Below are positions 50,779 through 60,188 of a DNA stretch of 64,000 nucleotides, piece by piece. Within the stretch, counting starts at the first letter, position 1; each line of letters starts with the position of its first letter. A program made the position numbers and the translations under genes. The stretch is from an uncultured Prevotella sp. (GTDB lineage Bacteria > Bacteroidota > Bacteroidia > Bacteroidales > Bacteroidaceae), in the NCBI GenBank assembly GCA_900315695.1, contig ONAE01000005.1, forward strand, positions 1,468-65,467, written 5' to 3'. The notes beneath the pieces are model-generated. The model was given only the letters and a program-made list of their open reading frames with translations, was not told the origin of the DNA and made no database searches.

Positions 50779-53559
50779 ATGCGAATGATGACTAAAAAGA
50801 TATTGCTCCTCACCTGTCTGCTGTTCTGCGGTCTGTGGCCTGCAACAGCACAATGGGCTCGCGACTATACCGAAGACCACCCACTCATCATCGTGAGCGA
50901 CTGGGAGTTCCCACCCTATGAGTTCCGGAATGACAATGGTAATCCTGACGGCTATAATGTGGAGGTGCTCGACCTCATCCTCGACAAGCTGGAGATTCCC
51001 CACAAGTTTGTGATGCAGGAGTGGTTTCAGTGTACCAAGACCTTTGAGAACCGTGAGGCAGACCTGATCCACGCCCTGACCAGCTACTATAAGAAGTCCC
51101 CGTATGTGATGACGCAGAACATGATCACCTACTATCCCCTGAAAGTGGTGAGACGAAAAAGTCAGAAGGTGATCCATCGTGTCAGTCAGTTCACCGACAA
51201 AGACACGCTGATGGTGAAGGAGAACGACTACGCGGCTCTGCGCATCCAGGCCATCGAGGATAAGCCCTTCCAGACAGAATACCGCTCTCCCAAAGAGGCT
51301 TTGGCAGCCATCCGAAATGGTCATCGCGCCTATTACATCTGGGGAGAGATCCCCCTGAAGATGAAGATCAAGGAGTATGGTCTCGACAGTCTGAAGCTCG
51401 ACGATATCGATATCATGCCGGCAGAGTTACGGATCATCGGTTATGACAGGGAGCTGATCGACGCCATCGATGATGCGTATGCCCGACTGGAGCAGTCAGG
51501 AGAGCTGCAACCCATCCACGACAAGTGGTTCAACCCCGAGCGCGTGCATAACGACTCCTCACCCATCGCCCTCTTTGCCCTGATCGGTTCGGTGATCGCC
51601 ATCATCATCGCCTTCCTGCTGAGCCGGCTGATCCATGCCAAAGTGAAGGCCACTGCCAGACGCTCAGAGGATATCAACGGGATGATGAAACAGGCCCTGC
51701 AGATGGGCAACTTCTACGTGTTCGAATACGACATCAAGACTGGTCATATAAGTAACACCTATGGCAAGCTGATTCCTGAGGAGGAACAGACGCTGGAGGC
51801 CTTTGTCAAACGCCTGGATCCTGCCATGCAACAGGATTTCATGCGCCATACGCAGGTGCTGATGAATGGGGAGGAACAGGACCGGTACTTTAACCGCCGC
51901 TATAACATCGGTACGGAAGAAGCACCAGACTGGCGTCATCTGGAAGGGACAGCCATCGTGGAGCAGGAGAACCACAAGCCCCGCTATCTCGTCTATGCGG
52001 TGAAGGACATCACCCAGGATGTGGAGTCGGAGCGCATCAACCAGGAGATCGGCAACAAATACGCCCGTATGTTTGAGACCAACCTCATCGCCATGTCGTT
52101 CTATGACAAGGAGGGCTGGTTTGTGGATGCGAACGAGAAAATGCGTGAACTCTGTGGCTTCGATGACAAAGGGTATGAGTTCTTCAGAAGCACGAACATG
52201 TTTGATACGAGCATGCTGGTGAACATCTATGAGAAGGGTTCACGGGAGCCCCTGCACATCTGCAGTCACATGTACTACCCGGAGGTGGATATCGACAGGT
52301 ATATCGAGCTCAGGATCCGTCCTATCCTCGATGAACAGGGGGAGCTGTTCTTCTATGTGATCACCTCACGAGACATCACCGCCGAGCGCACGATGTATCT
52401 TGAGAAGATGCACCATGACATCGAGATCCGCAAGACCTATGACGCCATCAACATCTATGAGCAGCAGCTCACCTATCTGCTGGAGAACAGTGAGATGTTC
52501 GTCTGGCGCTCTAACCTGCAGGAGCGTACCCTCTCCTATTCCCGTTCGTTGCGCAAGCCAGAGTTCCAGGAGACCATCGATGAGTATATCCAACGTATCT
52601 TCCCGGGTGAGGAGCAGGAGACCCTGAAAGCCTTCAGGGATCCGGAAACCATGAGCAAGGCCTTTAACGTGATTCATCACTACCGCTATAGTCACTACAA
52701 CAAGAAGCCTTCGTGGCATGCAGTGAGTGGCATCCCCACCTTCGACAAGAATGGTCATCAGATCGGTTACTTCGGTGTGTCGCGTGACATCACCAAACTT
52801 ATCGTGGCCCAACAGAAGCTGAAGAAAGAGACCGCCCGTGCCGAGGACTCCGGTAAGATGAAGAGTGCGTTCCTGGCCAATATGACCCATGAGATCCGTA
52901 CCCCGCTGAATGCCATCGTGGGCTTCAGCGACCTGTTGCCGATGGTGGATACCCACGAGGAGCGCATGGAGTTTATCCGTATCATCCGTAACAACTGTGA
53001 TATGCTGATGCGTCTCATCAACGATATCCTGGAGGCCTCGAACATGGGACAGGCCCTGGCCATCAAACCAGAGAAGGTGGATTTCGCCACCGTCTTCGAT
53101 GATATCTGTCAGACACTGGCACAGCGTGTGCAGGAGCCTGGCGTGGCGTTTATCAAAGACAATCCCTATGAACACTATGTGACCACCCTTGACAAGGGAC
53201 GCGTGCAGCAGATCCTCACGAACTTCACGACCAATGCCGTGAAATATACCCATGAGGGGCATATCAAGGTGGGGTATCGCTATGAACGCAGGATGACGCT
53301 CGATGAACAGGGGGAGGCAGACGGGCTGCTGTTCTATTGTGAGGATACCGGTGCCGGTATCCCCAAAGAGAAACAGGCCAGCGTCTTTGAGCGTTTCGTG
53401 AAGCTGAATGACTTTGTGCAGGGTACGGGATTGGGCCTGAGCATCTGTCAGGCCATCACCGACCGTTGTAACGGGCATATCGGAGTCACCTCCGAGGGCG
53501 AAGGCCATGGATCCACCTTCTGGATGTGGATTCCTTGTGAGAGGCAACCTCTCGAGTAA
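50779..53559 (+). CDS. Sensor histidine kinase HK4 with periplasmic solute-binding domain (intact)
   Basis: FPPYEFRNDNGNPDGYNVEV and TM; NMTHEIRTPLN, TNFTTNAVKYT, DTGAGI and GTGLGL motifs. Confidence 0.93.
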   Translation: MRMMTKKILLLTCLLFCGLWPATAQWARDYTEDHPLIIVSDWEFPPYEFRNDNGNPDGYNVEVLDLILDKLEIPHKFVMQEWFQCTKTFENREADLIHALTSYYKKSPYVMTQNMITYYPLKVVRRKSQKVIHRVSQFTDKDTLMVKENDYAALRIQAIEDKPFQTEYRSPKEALAAIRNGHRAYYIWGEIPLKMKIKEYGLDSLKLDDIDIMPAELRIIGYDRELIDAIDDAYARLEQSGELQPIHDKWFNPERVHNDSSPIALFALIGSVIAIIIAFLLSRLIHAKVKATARRSEDINGMMKQALQMGNFYVFEYDIKTGHISNTYGKLIPEEEQTLEAFVKRLDPAMQQDFMRHTQVLMNGEEQDRYFNRRYNIGTEEAPDWRHLEGTAIVEQENHKPRYLVYAVKDITQDVESERINQEIGNKYARMFETNLIAMSFYDKEGWFVDANEKMRELCGFDDKGYEFFRSTNMFDTSMLVNIYEKGSREPLHICSHMYYPEVDIDRYIELRIRPILDEQGELFFYVITSRDITAERTMYLEKMHHDIEIRKTYDAINIYEQQLTYLLENSEMFVWRSNLQERTLSYSRSLRKPEFQETIDEYIQRIFPGEEQETLKAFRDPETMSKAFNVIHHYRYSHYNKKPSWHAVSGIPTFDKNGHQIGYFGVSRDITKLIVAQQKLKKETARAEDSGKMKSAFLANMTHEIRTPLNAIVGFSDLLPMVDTHEERMEFIRIIRNNCDMLMRLINDILEASNMGQALAIKPEKVDFATVFDDICQTLAQRVQEPGVAFIKDNPYEHYVTTLDKGRVQQILTNFTTNAVKYTHEGHIKVGYRYERRMTLDEQGEADGLLFYCEDTGAGIPKEKQASVFERFVKLNDFVQGTGLGLSICQAITDRCNGHIGVTSEGEGHGSTFWMWIPCERQPLE

Positions 53560-53579
53560 ACTTTCTTTTTCTTTCGTTA

Positions 53580-54130
53580 TCGAAAGAGTTCTTCATTTCT
53601 TTCATCACTGAAAGAAACGAAGCAAAGAAAGGTGCAAAAACGTCCTGAGCTCAGAGGCCGAAACCCTATTTTTTCAAATCACTCAATGAACTCGCTTCGC
53701 TCAAACAGCATTTCGTATTTCGTTGCTCAGATTGCTATTCGCAATCCGAGACTCAATATCGATTCAAAAAAATAGAATTTCTCTAAAGACCTCTTCGTGC
53801 GGAATGTTTTTGATTTTTGGCTGCGCATTGGCTATTCGCCTCGCTAAACCGAGCCAAGCGAGCAAGCTCGTAACCGAACTGTGCTTCATGTTTTTTCGAA
53901 TGAATTCTCAAAAACATTCCGCACGAGGAGGTATTTATAGGATGTACTATTATCGGAATCTTCTTCGATTCTTGGATCGCGGAAGCGAGACAAGCAAATC
54001 GACATGAGAAGCTGTCTGAGCGAAGCGAGTTCTTCGAATGATTACGATAATATTACAGCCGACCTCTGAGCCCAGGACGTTTTTGAGAATTTGTTCGAAA
54101 TGATCAGGCAGAAAGGAAATGAAGAGAAAA
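53580..54130. repeat. Large nested imperfect palindromic element
   Basis: Paired arms 53589-53603/54110-54125, 53635-53657/54063-54085, 53679-53709/54011-54041 and 53789-53813/53908-53932. Confidence 0.85.
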
Positions 54131-54138
54131 CCCTCCTC

Positions 54139-55488
54139 TTAAAAGAGGAAAGTCTTCTCAAGCCAATAGCAGAAGATGCCTGCCAGGTAGCCGGTAAACG
54201 CTACCCAGGTGATCTTCTTCATATACCAGCCGAAGGTAATCTTCTCAAGACCCATGACCACCACACCGGCAGCAGAGCCGATGATCAGCATTGATCCCCC
54301 CACACCGGCACAGTATGCCAACAGCTGCCAGAAGATGCCATCGACAGCCATATCGCCGGCAGCAGCCACTGGATACATACCCATGCAACCAGCCACCAGA
54401 GGCACATTATCCACGATGGAGGAGAGGACACCGATGATGCCGGTGACGAGGTAGTGGTTGCCCTCGAAGACGGTATCGAGCGTCTGTCCCAACAGGGTGA
54501 GCGCACCGATGGTCTCCAGACAGGCCACAGCCATCAGGATGCCCAGGAAGAAGAGGATGGTGTCCATGTCGATGCGAGACAGCATCTTTGACACGCGTTT
54601 CTGGGGACTGTTCTTCGCGTCTTCGCCTTCCTGGTGGATACGGCAATAGAAGATCTCCGTGACCGTCCAGAGCACACCGAGCACGAGCAGGATGCCTACA
54701 AATGGCGGCAGATGGGTGATGGTCTTGAAGATAGGCACGAAGATGAGACCACCGACACCGAGGAAGAAAATGATCTTACGCTGGGCAGGCGTCAGAGGGT
54801 CGTCGTCATCGACAACAACCGTCTCCTTCACAGGCTGAAGGGCACCCTTCAGCGAGAGGGAGAGGATATAGGCGGGGATGACCATCGACACCACTGAGGG
54901 GATGAATATCTCCATGATGACACCGGCAGCGGTGATAACACCCTTGTTCCAGAGCATGATGGTGGTGACATCGCCGATGGGCGAGAAGGCACCACCGGAG
55001 TTGGCTGCAATCACTACAAGAGCGGCATAGATAATACGGTCCTCCTTGTCGTTGACAAGCTTACGCAGGATCATGATCATCACAATCGACGTGGTGAGGT
55101 TGTCGAGGATGGCCGAGAGGATGAACGTCATGCAGGCGATACGCCACAGCAGGGAGCGCTTCGACGTGGTCTGCAGCGTGTCACGCACAAAGTTGAAGCC
55201 ACCGTTCTGATCAACGAGCTCCACGATTGTCATGGCACCCATGAGGAAGAACAGGGTGGTGGCAGTGGAACCGAGGTGATGCTCGATCGTGGTGCTGACC
55301 ACCGAGGCTTTCATGGCATCAATGGCATCAGGCAGATATGACTCAGGCGCAATCATGAAGAGGGTCCATGTGACCACAAACATCAGCAGGGCAATAGCGG
55401 CCTTGTTGATCTTGGTAACGCTTTCGATGGCTATGCAGAAATAGCCGATACAGAAAACGATGATGATAGCAATTGACAATAATGACAT
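54139..55488 (-). CDS. nhaD: NhaD-family Na+/H+ antiporter
   Basis: INKAA, LFFLMGAMTIVE, SAILDNLTT, ANSGGAFSPIGDVTT, SSIVDNVP and IIGSAAGV motifs. Confidence 0.88.
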   Translation of the reverse strand: MSLLSIAIIIVFCIGYFCIAIESVTKINKAAIALLMFVVTWTLFMIAPESYLPDAIDAMKASVVSTTIEHHLGSTATTLFFLMGAMTIVELVDQNGGFNFVRDTLQTTSKRSLLWRIACMTFILSAILDNLTTSIVMIMILRKLVNDKEDRIIYAALVVIAANSGGAFSPIGDVTTIMLWNKGVITAAGVIMEIFIPSVVSMVIPAYILSLSLKGALQPVKETVVVDDDDPLTPAQRKIIFFLGVGGLIFVPIFKTITHLPPFVGILLVLGVLWTVTEIFYCRIHQEGEDAKNSPQKRVSKMLSRIDMDTILFFLGILMAVACLETIGALTLLGQTLDTVFEGNHYLVTGIIGVLSSIVDNVPLVAGCMGMYPVAAAGDMAVDGIFWQLLAYCAGVGGSMLIIGSAAGVVVMGLEKITFGWYMKKITWVAFTGYLAGIFCYWLEKTFLF

Positions 55489-55593
55489 TTGATTTGCTTT
55501 TTTAAATTGTTCTAATTTGTGTGCAAAGGTACGAAAAAGATATGAGAAAAGATTCTTGTTTTATACACAAAAAACAAAAAAAGGCGAAATATT

Positions 55594-55624
55594 TTTGTAT
55601 TGTCTCCAAAATCTTGTAACTTTG
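55594..55624 (+). promoter_or_regulatory. Primary-sigma promoter (divergent partner TACCTTTG on the minus strand at 55531-55524)
   Basis: TTTG (55594), 19-bp spacer, TAACTTTG (55617). Confidence 0.7.
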
Positions 55625-55632
55625 CACACAAT

Positions 55633-56229
55633 ATGAACAACAGTTTACAAACGGTCAGATGGAGTGAAAATGTAATCCTCGCCGATGCCGACTACATCGA
55701 CAAGGTTGCATTCAACCTCATCGTGAATTTTGAACGGATGCTTGGCAGAAGAATCCCTCAGGCAGACATGGCCCGCTGGATTGACTGTGTGGCTCTGGAT
55801 GGCGGTATCCGGGAAGGTGAGCACGAGACACTGGTGGTACTGATCCACCAGAAGGGGAAACAGGGACTGGAGAACTTCGTGCCTAGCACCTATGAGGAAC
55901 TCGACGGGAAAGCCTTTAAGGATCATCTGGGAGAGTTTGCCATCAACGCCTACCCCATCGAACAGCTGGGTGAGGACTTCTTCACGGAGGTGTTGGAGCT
56001 GGTGACTGCCCAGAAGGAGGTGAAGCGGGTGATGGTGATTCCCAATCTGGAGGATGAGCTAATATATAATAAGGTACGCGAGGCCCTACGCCGGGTGGAT
56101 GATGAGGAGAAGCGGGTGACCCTTTTTGCGATGCAGCCCCTGACTGGTGGCAACTATCGTCAGGAGATCCTCGGTTACTCACTGATGGCCGCCCTTGGCA
56201 TACGAAGTGAAGAAATCAGAGAAAGGTAA
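55633..56229 (+). CDS. DUF6621-like conserved Bacteroidales protein
   Basis: ENVILADADYID.VAFNL.VNFERMLGRRIP.AD motif and C-terminal GYSLMAALGI. Start at MNNSL. Confidence 0.7.
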   Translation: MNNSLQTVRWSENVILADADYIDKVAFNLIVNFERMLGRRIPQADMARWIDCVALDGGIREGEHETLVVLIHQKGKQGLENFVPSTYEELDGKAFKDHLGEFAINAYPIEQLGEDFFTEVLELVTAQKEVKRVMVIPNLEDELIYNKVREALRRVDDEEKRVTLFAMQPLTGGNYRQEILGYSLMAALGIRSEEIRER

Positions 56230-56249
56230 AAAAGTAAAAAAGTAAAAAT

Positions 56250-57485
56250 ATGGCAAAGGTATTAATGATTGGCGCCGGAGGCGTCGCTACGGTAGCAGCA
56301 TTCAAGATAGCCCAGAATGCTGACGTGTTTACCGACTTTATGATCGCCAGTCGCAGAAAGGCGAAGTGCGACAAGATTGTGGAGGCTATCCACAAGGCAG
56401 GTTACAAGATGAACATCCAGACCGCCCAGGTGGATGCTGATGATGTGGAGCAGTTGAAGGCCCTCTTCAACAGTTACCAGCCTGAGCTCGTGATCAACCT
56501 GGCCCTGCCCTATCAGGATCTGACGATTATGGATGCCTGTCTGGCTTGTGGCTGTAACTACCTTGACACAGCCAACTATGAACCTAAGGACGAAGCACAT
56601 TTCGAGTACAGTTGGCAGTGGGCATATAAGGAACGTTTTGAGCAGGCCGGTCTGACCGCTATCTTGGGTTGTGGTTTCGACCCTGGTGTGAGTGGTGTCT
56701 ATACCGCCTATGCTGCCAAGCACCACTTCGACGAGATCCACTATCTCGATATCGTGGACTGTAATGCCGGTGACCACCACCATGCCTTCGCCACGAACTT
56801 CAACCCGGAGATCAACATCCGCGAGATCACCCAGAAGGGTCTTTACTATAAGGATGGACAGTGGATCGAGACAGAGCCACTGGAGATCCACAAGCCCCTG
56901 ACCTACCCCAATATCGGTCCGCGCGAGAGCTATCTGCTGCATCACGAGGAGCTGGAGAGTCTGGTGAAGAACTACCCCACCATCAAACAAGGTCGTTTCT
57001 GGATGACCTTCGGGGAGCAGTATCTGAAGCACCTCGACGTGATCCAGAACATCGGCATGAGTCGTATCGACGAGATAGAATACGAAGCCCCGCTGGCAGA
57101 CGGTACCGGTACTGCCAAGGTAAAGATTGTGCCCCTGCAGTTCCTGAAGGCCGTGCTGCCCAACCCACAGGATCTGGGTGAGAACTACGAGGGCGAGACC
57201 TCTATCGGCTGTCGTATCCGTGGTATCAAGGATGGCAAGGAGCACACCTATTACGTCTATAACAACTGCAAGCATCAGGAAGCCTACAAAGAGACAGGCA
57301 TGCAGGGTGTGAGCTATACCACCGGTGTGCCAGCCATGATCGGAGCGATGATGTTTGTAAAGGGCATCTGGAAGAAGCCAGGTGTGTGGAACGTAGAAGA
57401 CTTCGATCCAGATCCATTCATGGAACAGTTGAACAAACAAGGTCTGCCTTGGCACGAAGTGTTTGATGGCGACCTCGAACTCTAA
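56250..57485 (+). CDS. Saccharopine dehydrogenase family protein (probable carboxy(nor)spermidine dehydrogenase)
   Basis: GAGGVA, YLDTANYE, GCGFDPG, ATNFNPEINIRE and VSYTTGVPA motifs. Confidence 0.88.
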   Translation: MAKVLMIGAGGVATVAAFKIAQNADVFTDFMIASRRKAKCDKIVEAIHKAGYKMNIQTAQVDADDVEQLKALFNSYQPELVINLALPYQDLTIMDACLACGCNYLDTANYEPKDEAHFEYSWQWAYKERFEQAGLTAILGCGFDPGVSGVYTAYAAKHHFDEIHYLDIVDCNAGDHHHAFATNFNPEINIREITQKGLYYKDGQWIETEPLEIHKPLTYPNIGPRESYLLHHEELESLVKNYPTIKQGRFWMTFGEQYLKHLDVIQNIGMSRIDEIEYEAPLADGTGTAKVKIVPLQFLKAVLPNPQDLGENYEGETSIGCRIRGIKDGKEHTYYVYNNCKHQEAYKETGMQGVSYTTGVPAMIGAMMFVKGIWKKPGVWNVEDFDPDPFMEQLNKQGLPWHEVFDGDLEL

Positions 57486-57512
57486 TTATTAACACTTAAA
57501 TTTCTAAAAGCT

Positions 57513-58541
57513 ATGGCGAAGAAAGAAGAGAGTGCAGAGCAGTTGTCTGCACAACAAGAGAAGATGAAGGCGCTGCAGGCTGCCATGTCGAAGATCGAAA
57601 AGGATTTCGGCAAAGGCTCCATCATGCGTATGGGTGAAGAGAAGATTGAGAATGTGGAGGTAATCCCCACAGGCAGTATCGGACTGAATGCAGCCCTCGG
57701 CGTAGGCGGCTATCCCAAAGGACGTATCATCGAGATCTACGGCCCGGAGTCATCAGGTAAGACCACCCTGGCCATCCATGCGATGGCCGAGTGTCAGAAG
57801 GCCGGTGGTATCGCTGCCTTCATCGATGCAGAGCATGCCTTTGACCGTTTCTATGCAGAGAAGTTGGGCGTGGATATTGAGAACCTGTATATCTCACAGC
57901 CAGACAATGGTGAGCAGGCCCTGGAGATTGCAGACCAGCTGATCCGTTCGAGTGCCATCGACATCATTGTCATCGACTCTGTGGCTGCGCTGACACCTAA
58001 GAAGGAGATTGAGGGAGACATGGGCGACTCTGCCGTCGGTCTGCAGGCCCGTTTGATGAGTCAGGCCCTGCGTAAGCTCACCTCGACCATCTCGAAGACC
58101 AATACCACCTGTATCTTCATCAACCAGTTGAGAGAGAAGATCGGCGTGATGTTCGGCAACCCGGAGACCACCACTGGTGGTAACGCCCTGAAGTTCTATG
58201 CCTCTGTACGTCTGGATATCCGCAAGTCACAGACCATCAAGGATGGTGACAACGTCATCGGTAACCTGGTGAAGGTGAAGGTGGTGAAGAACAAGGTGGC
58301 CCCTCCCTTCCGCAAGGCAGAGTTTGAGATCACCTTCGGAGAGGGTATCTCGAAGGTTGGTGAGATCGTCGATCTGGGTGTGGAGTATAACATCATCAAG
58401 AAGAGCGGCTCCTGGTTCTCTTATGGAGATGCCAGATTGGCACAAGGCCGTGATGCCACGAAGGCCCTGTTACAAGACAACCCCGAACTCTGTGATGAGC
58501 TGGAGGCAAAGATCATGGAAGCCATTACAGACAAGGCTTAG
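57513..58541 (+). CDS. recA: Recombinase RecA
   Basis: [30 protein letters not shown] and GGNALKFY motifs. Confidence 0.98.
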   Translation: MAKKEESAEQLSAQQEKMKALQAAMSKIEKDFGKGSIMRMGEEKIENVEVIPTGSIGLNAALGVGGYPKGRIIEIYGPESSGKTTLAIHAMAECQKAGGIAAFIDAEHAFDRFYAEKLGVDIENLYISQPDNGEQALEIADQLIRSSAIDIIVIDSVAALTPKKEIEGDMGDSAVGLQARLMSQALRKLTSTISKTNTTCIFINQLREKIGVMFGNPETTTGGNALKFYASVRLDIRKSQTIKDGDNVIGNLVKVKVVKNKVAPPFRKAEFEITFGEGISKVGEIVDLGVEYNIIKKSGSWFSYGDARLAQGRDATKALLQDNPELCDELEAKIMEAITDKA

Positions 58542-58545
58542 GCAC

Positions 58546-58585
58546 TAAAAATAAATCCCAACCGATTGGTTGGGATTTATTTTTA
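58546..58585. terminator. Bidirectional intrinsic terminator
   Basis: Perfect 18-bp stem taaaaataaatcccaacc-gatt-ggttgggatttattttta. Confidence 0.92.
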
Positions 58586-60001
58586 TTAGTTTTCAATAGG
58601 CGTTCCTTTACCGCTTTGCCAACCCATTGATGCTTTGGCAGCCTGTCGGGCAGCACTGGCACCATGACGCGTGGTTGCTGAGCCCACCTTCGCCTTGCTG
58701 TTATTATCACGGGTATAAGTCTTCGTCACTGCACCAGAGCCATCGAAGTCAACATACAGCAGCTTGTTGTTTGAACGCTGATAAACCCAGGTATATCGAC
58801 CATTGGTACCGGTAATGACCTTATCCGGTTCACCAGCAGCCATCATCGTCTCGTCTTCCGAGAAGCCGATACCAACGTGTCCAGCACGAATCATCGCACG
58901 ACTACCCTCAGAAGTCTCGATCTTCTTACCAGGACCAAGAGCGAAGACATAACCGAAGTACTCCGACTGATCCTGTGCGAGATTCTCATCAAGGAACATG
59001 TCGATATAGAAATAGGTTCCCAGGGTGGTGTTTTTCAGTTTCAGCGTGAACTTTCCACCCTCCTTATGCGGATTCATGGCCTCTATCTGATACTCTGTCA
59101 GACGAGGGATAGACTGCATCTTTTTCGACATCTCGTTCAACAGCTTCGCAGGAAACTTCGTGTGGATGACCTTACCCAGAAGCCGTCTGTAGTTATAGCT
59201 GTTGACGTTCATCACATCCTCCACCAGTTCGAAGGAGTTGGGAAACAGATACCGCTCTTTATCCATGACGAACTCATCATCGCGCATACCGGAGTTGGTC
59301 TTCGAGATGGCCACATTCTGATAGAACTCATTACCGTCCTTATCCTCCACAATGATCTTCACAGGGTAGTTGCGCGTGCCGACGCCAACAGCCTTCACCT
59401 TCACCTGCATGTCCTTATCGACCATCACTTCCTGATAGCCATCACCTTCGATTTCCGTATCAACACGATAGAACTCTGTCTTGGTATAGACATCCTTCCC
59501 GACCAGTTTCTCACGGGCTATATCCACATCCCCCAGATAGGCCAACGTGGGTACACCCAATTTGCCGAAGCAGTAGTCATCGAACGTACCATTCGGAATC
59601 TCATAATAATACGCCCGCTGGTCGTCCTGGCAGAGGAAATTGATATGGGTACGTCCATCCGTATCCTCCTCATGTCCCTGATAGATCATGATCTTATGAC
59701 GCAACGCGATACTGCTCACAGGTTTGTCTGTGGCAGCATCATTGAAAGTCTTCACCACCATATCATACTCCTCAGGGATTACCATGAACTTCATGCCCTC
59801 CTGCCAGTCGCAGAGACTGTGGAACTTGAAGTTCTGACTGATGAAATCGATGGCGTTCTCTTCCTCCTTATTTTCATCATTCATCAACTGCAAATCAGAA
59901 ATATGCTTAGCCCCACTTGTTTTCACGATGTAGGAATTCTCCTGAGCATAGGCCGTCGTCAAGAGGAATGCTGCACAGGTCGCTAAAAGAGTTCTTTTCA
60001 T
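58586..60001 (-). CDS. Secreted hypothetical protein
   Basis: Signal peptide from MKRTLL; long ORF with genome-typical codon use; C-terminal GFSEDETMMAAGEP segment. Confidence 0.75.
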   Translation of the reverse strand: MKRTLLATCAAFLLTTAYAQENSYIVKTSGAKHISDLQLMNDENKEEENAIDFISQNFKFHSLCDWQEGMKFMVIPEEYDMVVKTFNDAATDKPVSSIALRHKIMIYQGHEEDTDGRTHINFLCQDDQRAYYYEIPNGTFDDYCFGKLGVPTLAYLGDVDIAREKLVGKDVYTKTEFYRVDTEIEGDGYQEVMVDKDMQVKVKAVGVGTRNYPVKIIVEDKDGNEFYQNVAISKTNSGMRDDEFVMDKERYLFPNSFELVEDVMNVNSYNYRRLLGKVIHTKFPAKLLNEMSKKMQSIPRLTEYQIEAMNPHKEGGKFTLKLKNTTLGTYFYIDMFLDENLAQDQSEYFGYVFALGPGKKIETSEGSRAMIRAGHVGIGFSEDETMMAAGEPDKVITGTNGRYTWVYQRSNNKLLYVDFDGSGAVTKTYTRDNNSKAKVGSATTRHGASAARQAAKASMGWQSGKGTPIEN

Positions 60002-60076
60002 GACTATCGACAGTTTTATATAATAGAATTCTGTGTGCAAAGATAGCATAAATCGGCTAAACTCCCAAATAATTTG

Positions 60077-60138
60077 TGCCAAAATGACGTGACAGAGGAT
60101 AAAATTTCTCGTTTTCGCCATTTTGGCACATGGTTTGC
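60077..60138 (+). promoter_or_regulatory. Sigma54-type -24/-12 promoter plus palindromic boxes upstream of dnaK
   Basis: TGGCAC-ATGGT-TTGC (60124-60138); TGCCAAAATGACG (60077) and CGCCATTTTGGCA (60116). Confidence 0.65.
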
Positions 60139-60188
60139 ACAACGCTTACTGACATTTTGAATTAGTAACAAATAAAAATATAAGAATT

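Noticed and set aside
53723-54007. 94-aa ORF inside the palindromic element
   Set aside because: It has no motif, atypical composition and lies across stem arms; most likely chance.
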